NCBI GenBank assembly: GCA_965204735.1
Contig: OZ242008.1
Location: 1,888,001 to 1,952,000, forward strand
Length of the DNA stretch: 64,000 nucleotides
From: Longimicrobiales bacterium
GTDB lineage: Bacteria > Gemmatimonadota > Gemmatimonadetes > Longimicrobiales > Gaopeijiaceae
Direction: 5' to 3'
In this document: piece by piece, positions 50,617 to 59,648 of the stretch
Layout of the letters: every line of letters starts with the position of its first letter
Numbering within the stretch: position 1 is the stretch's first letter
Program-made: the position numbers and the translations under genes
Notes under the pieces: generated by a model
What the model was told of the DNA's origin: nothing
Databases searched by the model: none
Seen by the model: only the letters and a program-made list of their open reading frames with translations

Positions 50617-52130
50617 CCGCGGCCGATCTCGAGATCCTCGTCCAGCAAGGCGAGGGCACTACGCTGGAGTTCAAGGAGCGCGTGTCGTCGTCGTTCGCCA
50701 GGGGGATCGTCGCTTTGGCCAACACCATCGGCGGCAAGATTCTTGTGGGCGTGGATGACGACGGCCGCATGATTGGGGTCGAGGACGGCAATGCGTTGCG
50801 TGCCCGCATCCAGAACATCGCCCGCGACTGCGACCCGTCGGTCAGGGTGCTGGTCGAACCCGTGAACGGTGTGCTCGTGGTTCATGTTCGCGAGAGCGAC
50901 GCGAAGCCCGTGCAGTGCAGCGACGGCTTCTTCTGGCGACAGGGCGCCGTGACCCAGAAGATGAGCCGTGACGAGATCCGCGACTTTTTTCGGGCCGAGG
51001 GCACCATTCGGTTCGACCTGTCTCCCTGTCCACGCTTCAATTATCCGGAAGACTTCGACCGCGAGAAGTTCGACGGCTGGATGCGGTTGTCGGGCATCAC
51101 GGGCGGTTCGGCCGTGGAAGACGTGCTGGTCAACATCGAAGTCGCCGAGCGCACGGGCGACGGCTTGCTGTTCCGTAACGCCGGCGTGCTCTTTTTTGCC
51201 AAGAAGGTGCGGCACTTCTTTCCGGAAGCCTACGTCACCTGCCTATTGGGGAAGGGAACCGACAAGGTCCACATCCTGGACCGCAAGGACTTCGACGCGG
51301 GCATCGCGGCGGACATTGAGGAGACCATGCGGTTCATTGAGCGCAACACTCGCATGGCCTACCGAATCAAGGGGCTGCGGCGGCAGAACATCCCAGAGTA
51401 CCCGATGGAGGCCTTGCGAGAGGCCGTCACCAATGCGGTCATGCACCGCGACTGGTTCTTCGAGGGCGCCAACGTCTTCGTCGAGGTTTATACGGATCGC
51501 ATCAAGGTGATCAGTCCTGGCGGCTTGCCCAAGGGCCTGACCCCGGCCAACCTCGGACACGTGAGCATTCGGCGAAACCCGCTCATTGCGGACCTCCTTC
51601 ATCGCATCGACTTCATCGAGAAGGCGGGAACCGGGATCCGCCGCATCCGAGACGGCGCCCGACAGCAGGACTGCCCGGAACCGGAGTTCGACGCAGGCCG
51701 CTTCGTCACCGTCACCTTCCGGCCGAACCCGAAAGTGCGTCCGGTCGTGCGAGAAGGGAGCGGCCCGCGACGCGCCGGAGAAGTCCCCGGGGCCATCACC
51801 GATCAAATTGCGGAAGCGACCGATCAAGTTGAGGACCCGACCACACAAGTCACCGAACAAGTCGAGGGCGCCACCAGACAAGTCACCGAACAAGTTGGTC
51901 TTGAAGTCCGATTGCTCCGTGTGATGTCGGGGGAAATGACTAGGCGGGGCATCCAAGAGGCACTCGGCCTCAGACATCGGATCCATTTCCGCGAAGCCTA
52001 CCTGCTCCCTGCCTTGCGAGCCGGGCTGATCGAAATGACGATCCCGGACAAGCCGCGCAGCAGCAAGCAGCGGTACCGCCTCACGCCGGCGGGACGCGAA
52101 CGCCTGAGACAACTCGGAGCTCCCCGGTAA
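50613..52130 (+). CDS. Schlafen/AlbA_2 domain protein with RecG-C/HATPase_c_4 domain and C-terminal wHTH
   Basis: GEGTTLEFKE..ALANTIGGKILVGVDDDG; ALREAVTNAVMHRD; RNPLIA..IEKAGTG; MTIPDKPRSSKQRYRLT. Confidence 0.88.
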   Translation: MTAADLEILVQQGEGTTLEFKERVSSSFARGIVALANTIGGKILVGVDDDGRMIGVEDGNALRARIQNIARDCDPSVRVLVEPVNGVLVVHVRESDAKPVQCSDGFFWRQGAVTQKMSRDEIRDFFRAEGTIRFDLSPCPRFNYPEDFDREKFDGWMRLSGITGGSAVEDVLVNIEVAERTGDGLLFRNAGVLFFAKKVRHFFPEAYVTCLLGKGTDKVHILDRKDFDAGIAADIEETMRFIERNTRMAYRIKGLRRQNIPEYPMEALREAVTNAVMHRDWFFEGANVFVEVYTDRIKVISPGGLPKGLTPANLGHVSIRRNPLIADLLHRIDFIEKAGTGIRRIRDGARQQDCPEPEFDAGRFVTVTFRPNPKVRPVVREGSGPRRAGEVPGAITDQIAEATDQVEDPTTQVTEQVEGATRQVTEQVGLEVRLLRVMSGEMTRRGIQEALGLRHRIHFREAYLLPALRAGLIEMTIPDKPRSSKQRYRLTPAGRERLRQLGAPR

Positions 52131-52203
52131 ATTCCTTCGGCGCACGCCCCTGCCGAGAGGCCGACTCAAGCCGCGTTGCTCGGCCAAGCCCGCTAATGCA
52201 ATC

Positions 52204-55200
52204 ATGACCCAACGCCCCTCCCTCCTCGACAACCAGGCCGACGCCGCCCACCACGGCGACGCCCTGGCCTACCTCGCCCGCGACTTCGACGACCGCCACG
52301 GCCTCTCCGTCGCCACGGGCTACGTGAACCTGGGCGGTCTGCGCCACTTGGCCGCGCTGGCCGAGGACCGAGACCGCGGGACTCGCCTTCTGCTGGGCGC
52401 CATGCCCACCGGGATCGGCGACGAAGTCCCGGCCACCCTCTTCGAACGGACGCTGCTGGCGCTCGGCGACCAGCGAGACCTGTCGCGCTTTCCGCCCAGC
52501 CGGGCGCTGCAACAGCTGCTCGCGGTGGAGAAGTGGCTGGATCGGCCCGACGTGGCGGTGCGGCGCTACGTGCACAAGTTTCTTCACGGGAAGGCGTACT
52601 TGTTCGGCGACGCCGGCGACGCGCGAGCCGTGCTGGTGACCTCCGCCAACCTGACGTCGGCAGGCATGTGGCTGAACCTGGAGCTGGGACTGGTCCACTA
52701 CGATCCGCCCGTGGCCCAGCGGGCGGTGCAATGGTTCGATGGGCTGTGGGAGGAATCGGACGACTTCAAGGAGCGGCTTCGCGAGCTGTTCTTTCCCGAC
52801 CCCGGCCTCCTCGACCCCCGCACCGTCTACTTGCGCGCGCTGCTGGAGCTTCTGGGGGACGACTTGGACGAGGACGACGACCTTCCGTCCCCCAACGCCG
52901 TCAAGCTGGCCCCTTTCCAGGACGACGGCTTCCGGCGCGCGCTCGCCATCGTCCGCCGCCGCCACGGTGTCGTCTACGCCGACGGCGTGGGCACGGGCAA
53001 GACCGAAATCGGCCTTGCGTTCGTGGAGGAGTACGCCGTCCGGCGGGGCCAGCACGTCCTGCTCGTGGTGCCGGCGCAGCTTCGCGACCACTGGCAGGAT
53101 CGGCTTCACCAGACTCGACTGCCTGCGCAAATCGTCAGCTATCAGGAGTTCGCGGGCGATCCGCAGCTGGCCGGGCTCGGGCTGGCCGGTCCGGGACGCG
53201 CCCCCGGCAAGCCGGCGCTGGCCAACGACAAGGACGCCTACCGGCTGGTCGTGTTCGACGAGGCCCACGCGCTCCGCAACCCGAGCACCACTTGGTACGG
53301 CGCGCTCTCGCGCCTGCTGGGCGGCCAGCCCAAGGACCTGGTGCTGCTCACCGCCACGCCGATCAACAACGGGCTCTGGGACCTGTACCACCTGGTGATG
53401 GCGTTCGCCCGCCACGACCGAGCGTTCGAAGGCGAAGGCATCCCGTCGCTTTCGACCTTGTTCCTGCGCGCCGGTGCCAACCAGCACGACGCCCAGAACC
53501 TCAACCCGGACCTTCTGTTCGGGCTGGCCGACATGGTGAGCGTGCGCCGGGACCGGGGGTTCATCGTGCGCGAATACCCGGACGCGGTCTTTCCCGACGG
53601 CACGCCGGTGACCTTCCCCAAGCCGCACCTGACCACCGAGCGCTACGACCTGGACGACGCCGATCCAGGCCCAGGCCCAGGCCACACCGCCGAGCGCCGC
53701 GACCAGCAGCACGACGCGCCCACGGGCCTGGCCACCTACGTCGCAGAGCGCATCGACGCCTTGTACATGGCCCGCTACTGCCGGAGCCGCTACCACCGGA
53801 CCCGCGCCCTCGAACAGCGCGAAGTCGTGATCAGCGCCCTCCTGCGCTCCGGCGTGCTCAAGCGCCTGGAGTCGTGCTGGCACGCCTGCCTGCTCACCGT
53901 CGGGCGGATGCTGAACGCGCACCGGGCGTTCCTGGAGGCGTGGGACGCGGGACGGGTGCCGGGCCGCAACTCCCTTCGCGCCGCGCACGACGAGCTGGAC
54001 GAGTCCGCCCTGGCCCAGTGGGTGGAGGAAGCGCTTGACGACGACAGCGACGCGGAACCCGTCGGCGACTACGACCCGGTCTTTCGCGACCACGTGGAGC
54101 ACGACGTCGCTCTGCTGGAGCAGATCCAGGCGCGCTTGGCCGCGCTGCGCCCCGAGAACGACCCCAAGCTCGCCCTTCTTCGCCGCGTGCTGGAAGAGGC
54201 GCTGTCCAAGAAGGTGGCCGTCTTCACCACCTTCGCCGACACGGTTCGCTACCTGGACGAGCACTTGCCCGAGTCCGTTGCCGGCCGCCGCCGCGTGACC
54301 GTGGTGGGCGCCGAGACGAACCCCGATCAGCGCACCGCCATGCTGTCGCGCTTCTGCCCCGATACCGTGGTGCGCCCCGGCTACCGGCCGCCCGACGGCG
54401 AAGTGGACCTGCTGCTGAGCAACGACGTCCTGTCCGAGGGCCAGAACCTGCAACAAGCGGCGGCCGTGGTCAGCTACGACATGCCGTGGAACCCGCAGCG
54501 CATGGTGCAGCGCTACGGTCGCGTCATCCGTTTGAAGAGCCCCCATGCCGACGTGCACCTGACCACCATGCTGCCCGAGCCGGGCGACCTGGAGGTGATC
54601 TTGAAGCTGGAGCGTGCGATCCGCCGCAAGATCATGGCCGCGCGGCCCTTCGGCATGGAAGTGCAGGTCGTGGACGACGCCGACGACGAGATGCGCGCCT
54701 ACGCGGCCCGCTTGGCCGAGGGCGACGAGACCCTGCTGGACGAAGACAGCACCCGCGAAGAGGCGCGGGCGCGCGGCCCCAGCAACGAGGCCCTCCGCGC
54801 CGAGCTGCGCCGAGAGCTCGCAGAGGGAAGGGGAGACGAGCTGCGCAAGCTGCCCTGGGGCGTCGGCGCGGCGTTTCGACAAGGTCCGGGCGTCCCGTCG
54901 TCCGGCGCGCCCGGCATCTTCTTCGCCTGCCGGGTCGGGAGCGAGCGCTACTGGCGCTACGTGGACGCCGACGGCGTGCTCGCCGAACCCGCGGCGATCC
55001 TCCGTCGCATCGACCCCGGATCAGCCCCTGGCGTGGACGCCCCGCCCGAGCTCGACCTGGAGAAGGCGTGGGAACAAGCGGCCGACTCGATCGTCGAGGA
55101 GCACAACGCCGTCGCAACGCCGGGAGCCCAAGCCGGCGGCGGTGCCCGCTCCCATTCCGTCGGCGAAGTGCAAGCCTGGGCCGTGGCCCTGTTGGCGGAC

Positions 55201-55521
55201 CCGGCCGTGACGCTGCCTCTGGACGGCGAGACCGCCTACCAAGCCCTGGGCGTCGGCCGCAGCCAGCCCGTCCGCCGGGCGCTGGGCAAGATCAAGCGCC
55301 AGACCGAGCGCAACGAGATCACACGCAGCGACGCCGCCCTCCGAATCGCCGAGGTCGTCCGCTCCTTCGGCCTCCGAATCGTCGCACCACCCCCGCAACG
55401 ACAGCCCGTCACCGCCGACGACGTGGGCGTGGTCTGCTGGATCGCCGTGTGCGGGCCTACGGAAGCCACTCGGTTCCCGCGACCCTCCGGCGCAGCGCCT
55501 CGACAAGCGGAACGTCCGTGA
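52204..55521 (+). CDS. PLD-nuclease domain fused to SNF2-like SF2 helicase
   Basis: LHGKAY..TSANLT (HxK/SxN); ADGVGTGKT; FDEAH; LLTATP; SEGQNLQ; QRYGRVIR. Confidence 0.88.
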   Translation: MTQRPSLLDNQADAAHHGDALAYLARDFDDRHGLSVATGYVNLGGLRHLAALAEDRDRGTRLLLGAMPTGIGDEVPATLFERTLLALGDQRDLSRFPPSRALQQLLAVEKWLDRPDVAVRRYVHKFLHGKAYLFGDAGDARAVLVTSANLTSAGMWLNLELGLVHYDPPVAQRAVQWFDGLWEESDDFKERLRELFFPDPGLLDPRTVYLRALLELLGDDLDEDDDLPSPNAVKLAPFQDDGFRRALAIVRRRHGVVYADGVGTGKTEIGLAFVEEYAVRRGQHVLLVVPAQLRDHWQDRLHQTRLPAQIVSYQEFAGDPQLAGLGLAGPGRAPGKPALANDKDAYRLVVFDEAHALRNPSTTWYGALSRLLGGQPKDLVLLTATPINNGLWDLYHLVMAFARHDRAFEGEGIPSLSTLFLRAGANQHDAQNLNPDLLFGLADMVSVRRDRGFIVREYPDAVFPDGTPVTFPKPHLTTERYDLDDADPGPGPGHTAERRDQQHDAPTGLATYVAERIDALYMARYCRSRYHRTRALEQREVVISALLRSGVLKRLESCWHACLLTVGRMLNAHRAFLEAWDAGRVPGRNSLRAAHDELDESALAQWVEEALDDDSDAEPVGDYDPVFRDHVEHDVALLEQIQARLAALRPENDPKLALLRRVLEEALSKKVAVFTTFADTVRYLDEHLPESVAGRRRVTVVGAETNPDQRTAMLSRFCPDTVVRPGYRPPDGEVDLLLSNDVLSEGQNLQQAAAVVSYDMPWNPQRMVQRYGRVIRLKSPHADVHLTTMLPEPGDLEVILKLERAIRRKIMAARPFGMEVQVVDDADDEMRAYAARLAEGDETLLDEDSTREEARARGPSNEALRAELRRELAEGRGDELRKLPWGVGAAFRQGPGVPSSGAPGIFFACRVGSERYWRYVDADGVLAEPAAILRRIDPGSAPGVDAPPELDLEKAWEQAADSIVEEHNAVATPGAQAGGGARSHSVGEVQAWAVALLADPAVTLPLDGETAYQALGVGRSQPVRRALGKIKRQTERNEITRSDAALRIAEVVRSFGLRIVAPPPQRQPVTADDVGVVCWIAVCGPTEATRFPRPSGAAPRQAERP

Positions 55522-56515
55522 GCTCGCCGTCGATGATCTTCGCCAGCTCCTCCTCCCGTCGCCAGCGGTCCTCCAGCTCGGCCACCTCCATCCGGAGCAG
55601 GCGCTTCTCCTGCTCTTCGTGAAGGGCGATCTCCAGCGCCACGGCGCCCGTGCGGCCCATGCCGTGCAGGGTCTTGCCGCCCGGCAGAATGCGCGACGGA
55701 AGCCGCTCGGCCCCGCCGACCGCCTCCACCAGCTTGGTCGCCCCCCTGATCCTCCGTTCGCGGGCGCCGGAGAAGTGGTGGTAGGCCAGCACCCGTCGCA
55801 GCATCGCGACGCTCTCCCGTCCCCGTACCTCGACCCATGGCTGCCCGCACCAAGGGCAGGGGACACTCGCCTTCATCGCTCCGACGCCGACCCCCCGACC
55901 GCCTTCCTCGCCCGGCACGTCCGCGCTCCACACCAGGCGGTCCCGTCTCGAGAACGGAAACTTGCCGTGAACCTCGCCGCAGGCCTCGCACTCCCCGCGC
56001 CCCTGCCAAGCGGTGGAGCCGAAGCGCATCCAGCGAGCGCCGGAGACCACCGCCTCGCCCTTGTTGAAGAAGAACCACGCCGCAAGCATGCTGACGCCCC
56101 CGGCCGCCAGGGACCCGGCAAGCGCCACGGCGCCCCCGACCGACGCCGTCGCCGCCAGCCGGCGGGTGCGCTCGCGCCGGCGATGGAGCTCCCGTCCGTA
56201 CCGCCACCACGACTCCTCCGGGAGCCGGGCCCGGCCGACCCGCACCACCTCCAGGTTGCGCGCCCGCAGGAGCGCCACGTTTTCGGTGCTGGAAAGCAGC
56301 CGCCCCTCGTCCGCCGTCAGCTTCTCCAGCTCTTCCAACGTCTCCCAGCGAGACTCCAGGGGAACCAGCGACCAGCGACGGCAGGCGGCGCAGATCACCC
56401 AAAGGCGGCCCCGGTCCGGGTCGTAGGCGACCCGCCGGCCCCGCGCCATGTGCTCGAGGGCGTCGTTGGAAGGAAACTCCCCGCCGCAGACGAGGCACTT
56501 GTCGAAGATCTTCAT
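55457..56515 (-). CDS. Hypothetical protein with multiple CxxC zinc-ribbon motifs
   Basis: CLVC, CAAC, CEAC, CPWC; coding-like codon bias; one hydrophobic stretch. Confidence 0.75.
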   Translation of the reverse strand: MKIFDKCLVCGGEFPSNDALEHMARGRRVAYDPDRGRLWVICAACRRWSLVPLESRWETLEELEKLTADEGRLLSSTENVALLRARNLEVVRVGRARLPEESWWRYGRELHRRRERTRRLAATASVGGAVALAGSLAAGGVSMLAAWFFFNKGEAVVSGARWMRFGSTAWQGRGECEACGEVHGKFPFSRRDRLVWSADVPGEEGGRGVGVGAMKASVPCPWCGQPWVEVRGRESVAMLRRVLAYHHFSGARERRIRGATKLVEAVGGAERLPSRILPGGKTLHGMGRTGAVALEIALHEEQEKRLLRMEVAELEDRWRREEELAKIIDGELTDVPLVEALRRRVAGTEWLP

Positions 56516-56535
56516 CGGTCCTGTATCTTACGGCG

Positions 56536-57198
56536 ATGCTGGCCGTCATCGACAACTACGACTCCTTCACCTGGAACTTGGTGCAGGCGTTCGGCGCGCT
56601 GGGCGAGGAGCCCCAGGTCTTCCGCAACGACGCCACCACGCCCGACGCCCTGGAGCTGGCCGGGGCGACCCGGCTGGTGGTGTCGCCGGGTCCCTGCACG
56701 CCGGCGGAGGCGGGGATCAGCGTCGCCGCGATCCGCCGCTTCGGCCCCCGCATCCCGACCTTGGGCGTGTGCCTGGGGCACCAGGCGGTCGGCGAGGCCT
56801 ACGGGGGGAAGACCGTCCGCGCCGTCCGAACGGTCCACGGCAAGACCAGCCCCGTGGTCCACAAGGGCGACCCGCTCTTCGACGGCGTGCCGTCGCCGTT
56901 CGTGGTCGCTCGCTACCATTCCCTGGTGTCGTCCGCGCCCCTGCCGGAGGGCTTGATCCCCATCGCGTGGAGCGCCGACCCCGCCGACGAGGACGAGATC
57001 CAGGCCCTGCGCCACCGGGAGCATCCGGTGTGGGGCGTCCAGTTCCACCCCGAGTCGTGCTTCACCGAGAACGGACAGCGCCTGCTGGCCAACTTCCTGC
57101 GGATGCCCGGACGGACCGAAGCGGGAGCCTCGCGACCACGCCCGTCTGGCCCGCGCCCGCCCTCGAACAGCCCGGGCCCGCGCTCGAACAGCCCGTGA
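56536..57198 (+). CDS. Anthranilate/aminodeoxychorismate synthase component II (TrpG/PabA)
   Basis: IDNYDSFTWNL; SPGPCTP; GVCLGHQ; RYHSL; GVQFHPES. Confidence 0.95.
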   Translation: MLAVIDNYDSFTWNLVQAFGALGEEPQVFRNDATTPDALELAGATRLVVSPGPCTPAEAGISVAAIRRFGPRIPTLGVCLGHQAVGEAYGGKTVRAVRTVHGKTSPVVHKGDPLFDGVPSPFVVARYHSLVSSAPLPEGLIPIAWSADPADEDEIQALRHREHPVWGVQFHPESCFTENGQRLLANFLRMPGRTEAGASRPRPSGPRPPSNSPGPRSNSP

Positions 57199-57956
57199 GC
57201 AAGGTCCTGGGCGTGGTTCCCGCCCGCATCGGCTCCACCCGCCTGCCGGGCAAGCCTCTGCTGCCCCTCCTCGGGGTCCCCCTGATCGTGTGGACGTGGC
57301 GACGGGCCCGAAGCATGACTTGCCTCGACCGCCTGGTGGTCGCCACCGACTCGCCGGAGGTGTCGGACGCCTGCCGCCGGGAGGGGGCGGAGGTGGTCAT
57401 GACCTCGCCGGACCACAGATCGGGAAGCGACCGGGCGTGGGAGGCGGCCAAGCGGCTCGGCGGCGGCTTCGACCCGGTCGTCAACGTCCAGGGAGACGAA
57501 CCCCTGGTCGCGGCAGAAGCGGTGGAGGCGGCGATCTCCATGGTCGGCAAGGGCTTCGACGTGGGGACTTGCGCGACCCCGGTGCGCACCGAGGCCGAGC
57601 TGGCCGACCCGTCGGTGGTGAAGTTGGCGCGAGCACGGGGCGGGAGTGCGTTATACTTCTCTCGGGCGCCTGTTCCCCACAGGCGGCAAGGCTTTGCCCA
57701 GAACCACGACTGGAGCAGGGGACCGCACCTGCGTCACGTCGGGGTCTATGCGTACCGTCGGCGGGCGCTGGAGCGCTGGGTCGCCGCGGGGCCTTCGCCT
57801 CTGGAGACGGAGGAGGGACTGGAGCAGCTGCGGACCCTCGAGCTTGGAATGCGAATCGGCGCCGCCGTGGTGGCGGAGGCGGCCCGGGGCGTGGACACGC
57901 CGGAGGACCTCCGCCGCATGGAAGAGCTGCTCGGGAAGAGCGAGGCGAACGGATGA
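57195..57956 (+). CDS. kdsB: 3-deoxy-manno-octulosonate cytidylyltransferase
   Basis: PARIGSTRLPGKPL; NVQGDEP; ALYFSR; LEQLR; GVDTPED. Confidence 0.95.
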   Translation: MSKVLGVVPARIGSTRLPGKPLLPLLGVPLIVWTWRRARSMTCLDRLVVATDSPEVSDACRREGAEVVMTSPDHRSGSDRAWEAAKRLGGGFDPVVNVQGDEPLVAAEAVEAAISMVGKGFDVGTCATPVRTEAELADPSVVKLARARGGSALYFSRAPVPHRRQGFAQNHDWSRGPHLRHVGVYAYRRRALERWVAAGPSPLETEEGLEQLRTLELGMRIGAAVVAEAARGVDTPEDLRRMEELLGKSEANG

Positions 57957-57975
57957 TCGAACGGCGGCCCGAAAG

Positions 57976-59643
57976 GTGAGCGCGAGCCCGACCCGCTACG
58001 TCTTCGTGACCGGCGGAGTGGTCTCCTCGCTGGGGAAGGGAATCGCCGCCGCGTCCCTGGGGCTCCTCCTCAAGGAGCGCGGCCTCAAGGTCACCCTCCA
58101 GAAGCTCGACCCCTACATCAACGTGGACCCGGGCACGATGTCCCCCTTCCAGCACGGCGAGGTGTTCGTCACCGAGGACGGCGCCGAGACCGACCTGGAC
58201 CTGGGCCACTACGAGCGCTTCATCGACGCCAACCTGCACCAGGCCAACAACACGACCACCGGCCGCATCTACCAGACGGTCATCGGTCGCGAGCGACGGG
58301 GCGACTACCTGGGGCGCACGGTCCAAGTGGTCCCCCACATCACCGACGAGATCAAGCAGTGCATGTATCGCCTGGCCGACGGCTGCGACGTGGTGATCAG
58401 CGAAGTGGGCGGCACGGTGGGCGACATCGAGAGCCTTCCGTTCCTGGAGGCGATCCGCCAGTTCCGACAGGAGGTCGGGCCCGGCAACGTGGTCCACGTC
58501 CACCTGACGCTGGTGCCCTACATCGCCGCGGCGGGCGAACTCAAGACCAAGCCGACCCAGCACTCGGTGCGGGAGCTGATGCAGACCGGGATTCAGCCGT
58601 CGGCGCTGATCTGCCGCACCGAGCACTCCCTGGACGACGATATCCGGGGAAAGATCGCCAGCTTCACCAACGTGGACCCGGCCGGCGTGGTCGAGGCGCT
58701 CGACGTGGAGACGATCTACGAGGTGCCCCTGGAGCTGCGCCGCCAGCGCCTGGACGACTTCGTCCTCGCCTGCTTCGGCGTCGACGCGCCCGCCCCGGAC
58801 CTCGCTCGGTGGAAGGGGATCGTGCAGCGGATCAAGTCCCCCTCCCGGGGCGCAGTCCGGATCGCCGTAGTGGGCAAGTACACCGAGCTGGTGGACGCCT
58901 ACAAGTCCGTTCAGCAGGCCCTGGTCCACGGCGGGATCGCCCACGACGTGGAGGTGGAGATCGAATGGGTGCCCAGCGAAGAGCTGGAGGACGGGTCGCA
59001 GCCCGACTTCCTGGCCGGCCACGACGGGCTGCTCGTTCCCGGCGGATTCGGCGACCGAGGGATCGAGGGGATGGTGGCGGCGATCCGCTGGGCTCGGGAG
59101 CACGACCTTCCGTTCCTGGGCATCTGCCTCGGGCTCCAGTGCGCCGTGATCGAGTTCGCGCGGAACGTGTGCGGGCTGGAGGGCGCCCACTCGTTCGAGT
59201 TCGCCGCCGACTCGCCCCATCCGGTCATCTGCCTCATGGACGAGCAGCGCAACGTCATCACCAAGGGCGGCACGATGCGCCTGGGCTCCTACGAAGCCCT
59301 GGTGCGCCCGGGCACGTTGTCGGAGCACGTCTACGGCGCGTCGCGGATCGTGGAGCGCCACCGGCACCGCTACGAGGTCAACAACGCCTACCGGCACGCG
59401 CTTCGGGCCGGCGGGCTGCGCGTCTCGGCCACCTCCCTCGACGGCAAGCTCGTGGAGATGATCGAGCTGCCGGGCCACCCGTGGTTCGTGGCCGGACAGT
59501 TCCACCCCGAGCTGAAGAGCAGGCCCACGCGGGCGCACCCCCTCTTCGCGGCGTTCGTGGGCGCGGGGGCGGCTCGCGCGGCGGGTCGCGCCGATCGCGC
59601 CGAGGCGAAGGCAGCGCGTCCGGCGGCGGCCGTCGGGGGCTGA
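57976..59643 (+). CDS. pyrG: CTP synthase
   Basis: FVTGGVVSSLGKG; DPYINVDPGTMSPFQHGE; KTKPTQHSV; QFHPE. Confidence 0.98.
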   Translation: MSASPTRYVFVTGGVVSSLGKGIAAASLGLLLKERGLKVTLQKLDPYINVDPGTMSPFQHGEVFVTEDGAETDLDLGHYERFIDANLHQANNTTTGRIYQTVIGRERRGDYLGRTVQVVPHITDEIKQCMYRLADGCDVVISEVGGTVGDIESLPFLEAIRQFRQEVGPGNVVHVHLTLVPYIAAAGELKTKPTQHSVRELMQTGIQPSALICRTEHSLDDDIRGKIASFTNVDPAGVVEALDVETIYEVPLELRRQRLDDFVLACFGVDAPAPDLARWKGIVQRIKSPSRGAVRIAVVGKYTELVDAYKSVQQALVHGGIAHDVEVEIEWVPSEELEDGSQPDFLAGHDGLLVPGGFGDRGIEGMVAAIRWAREHDLPFLGICLGLQCAVIEFARNVCGLEGAHSFEFAADSPHPVICLMDEQRNVITKGGTMRLGSYEALVRPGTLSEHVYGASRIVERHRHRYEVNNAYRHALRAGGLRVSATSLDGKLVEMIELPGHPWFVAGQFHPELKSRPTRAHPLFAAFVGAGAARAAGRADRAEAKAARPAAAVGG

Positions 59644-59648
59644 CCCGG

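Larger units (their letters stand above)
36476..55521. other. Accessory defence / DNA-modification island
   Basis: Interrupts housekeeping genes; dense in MTases, nucleases, helicase, TA remnants and an IS; patches of lower GC. Confidence 0.85.
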
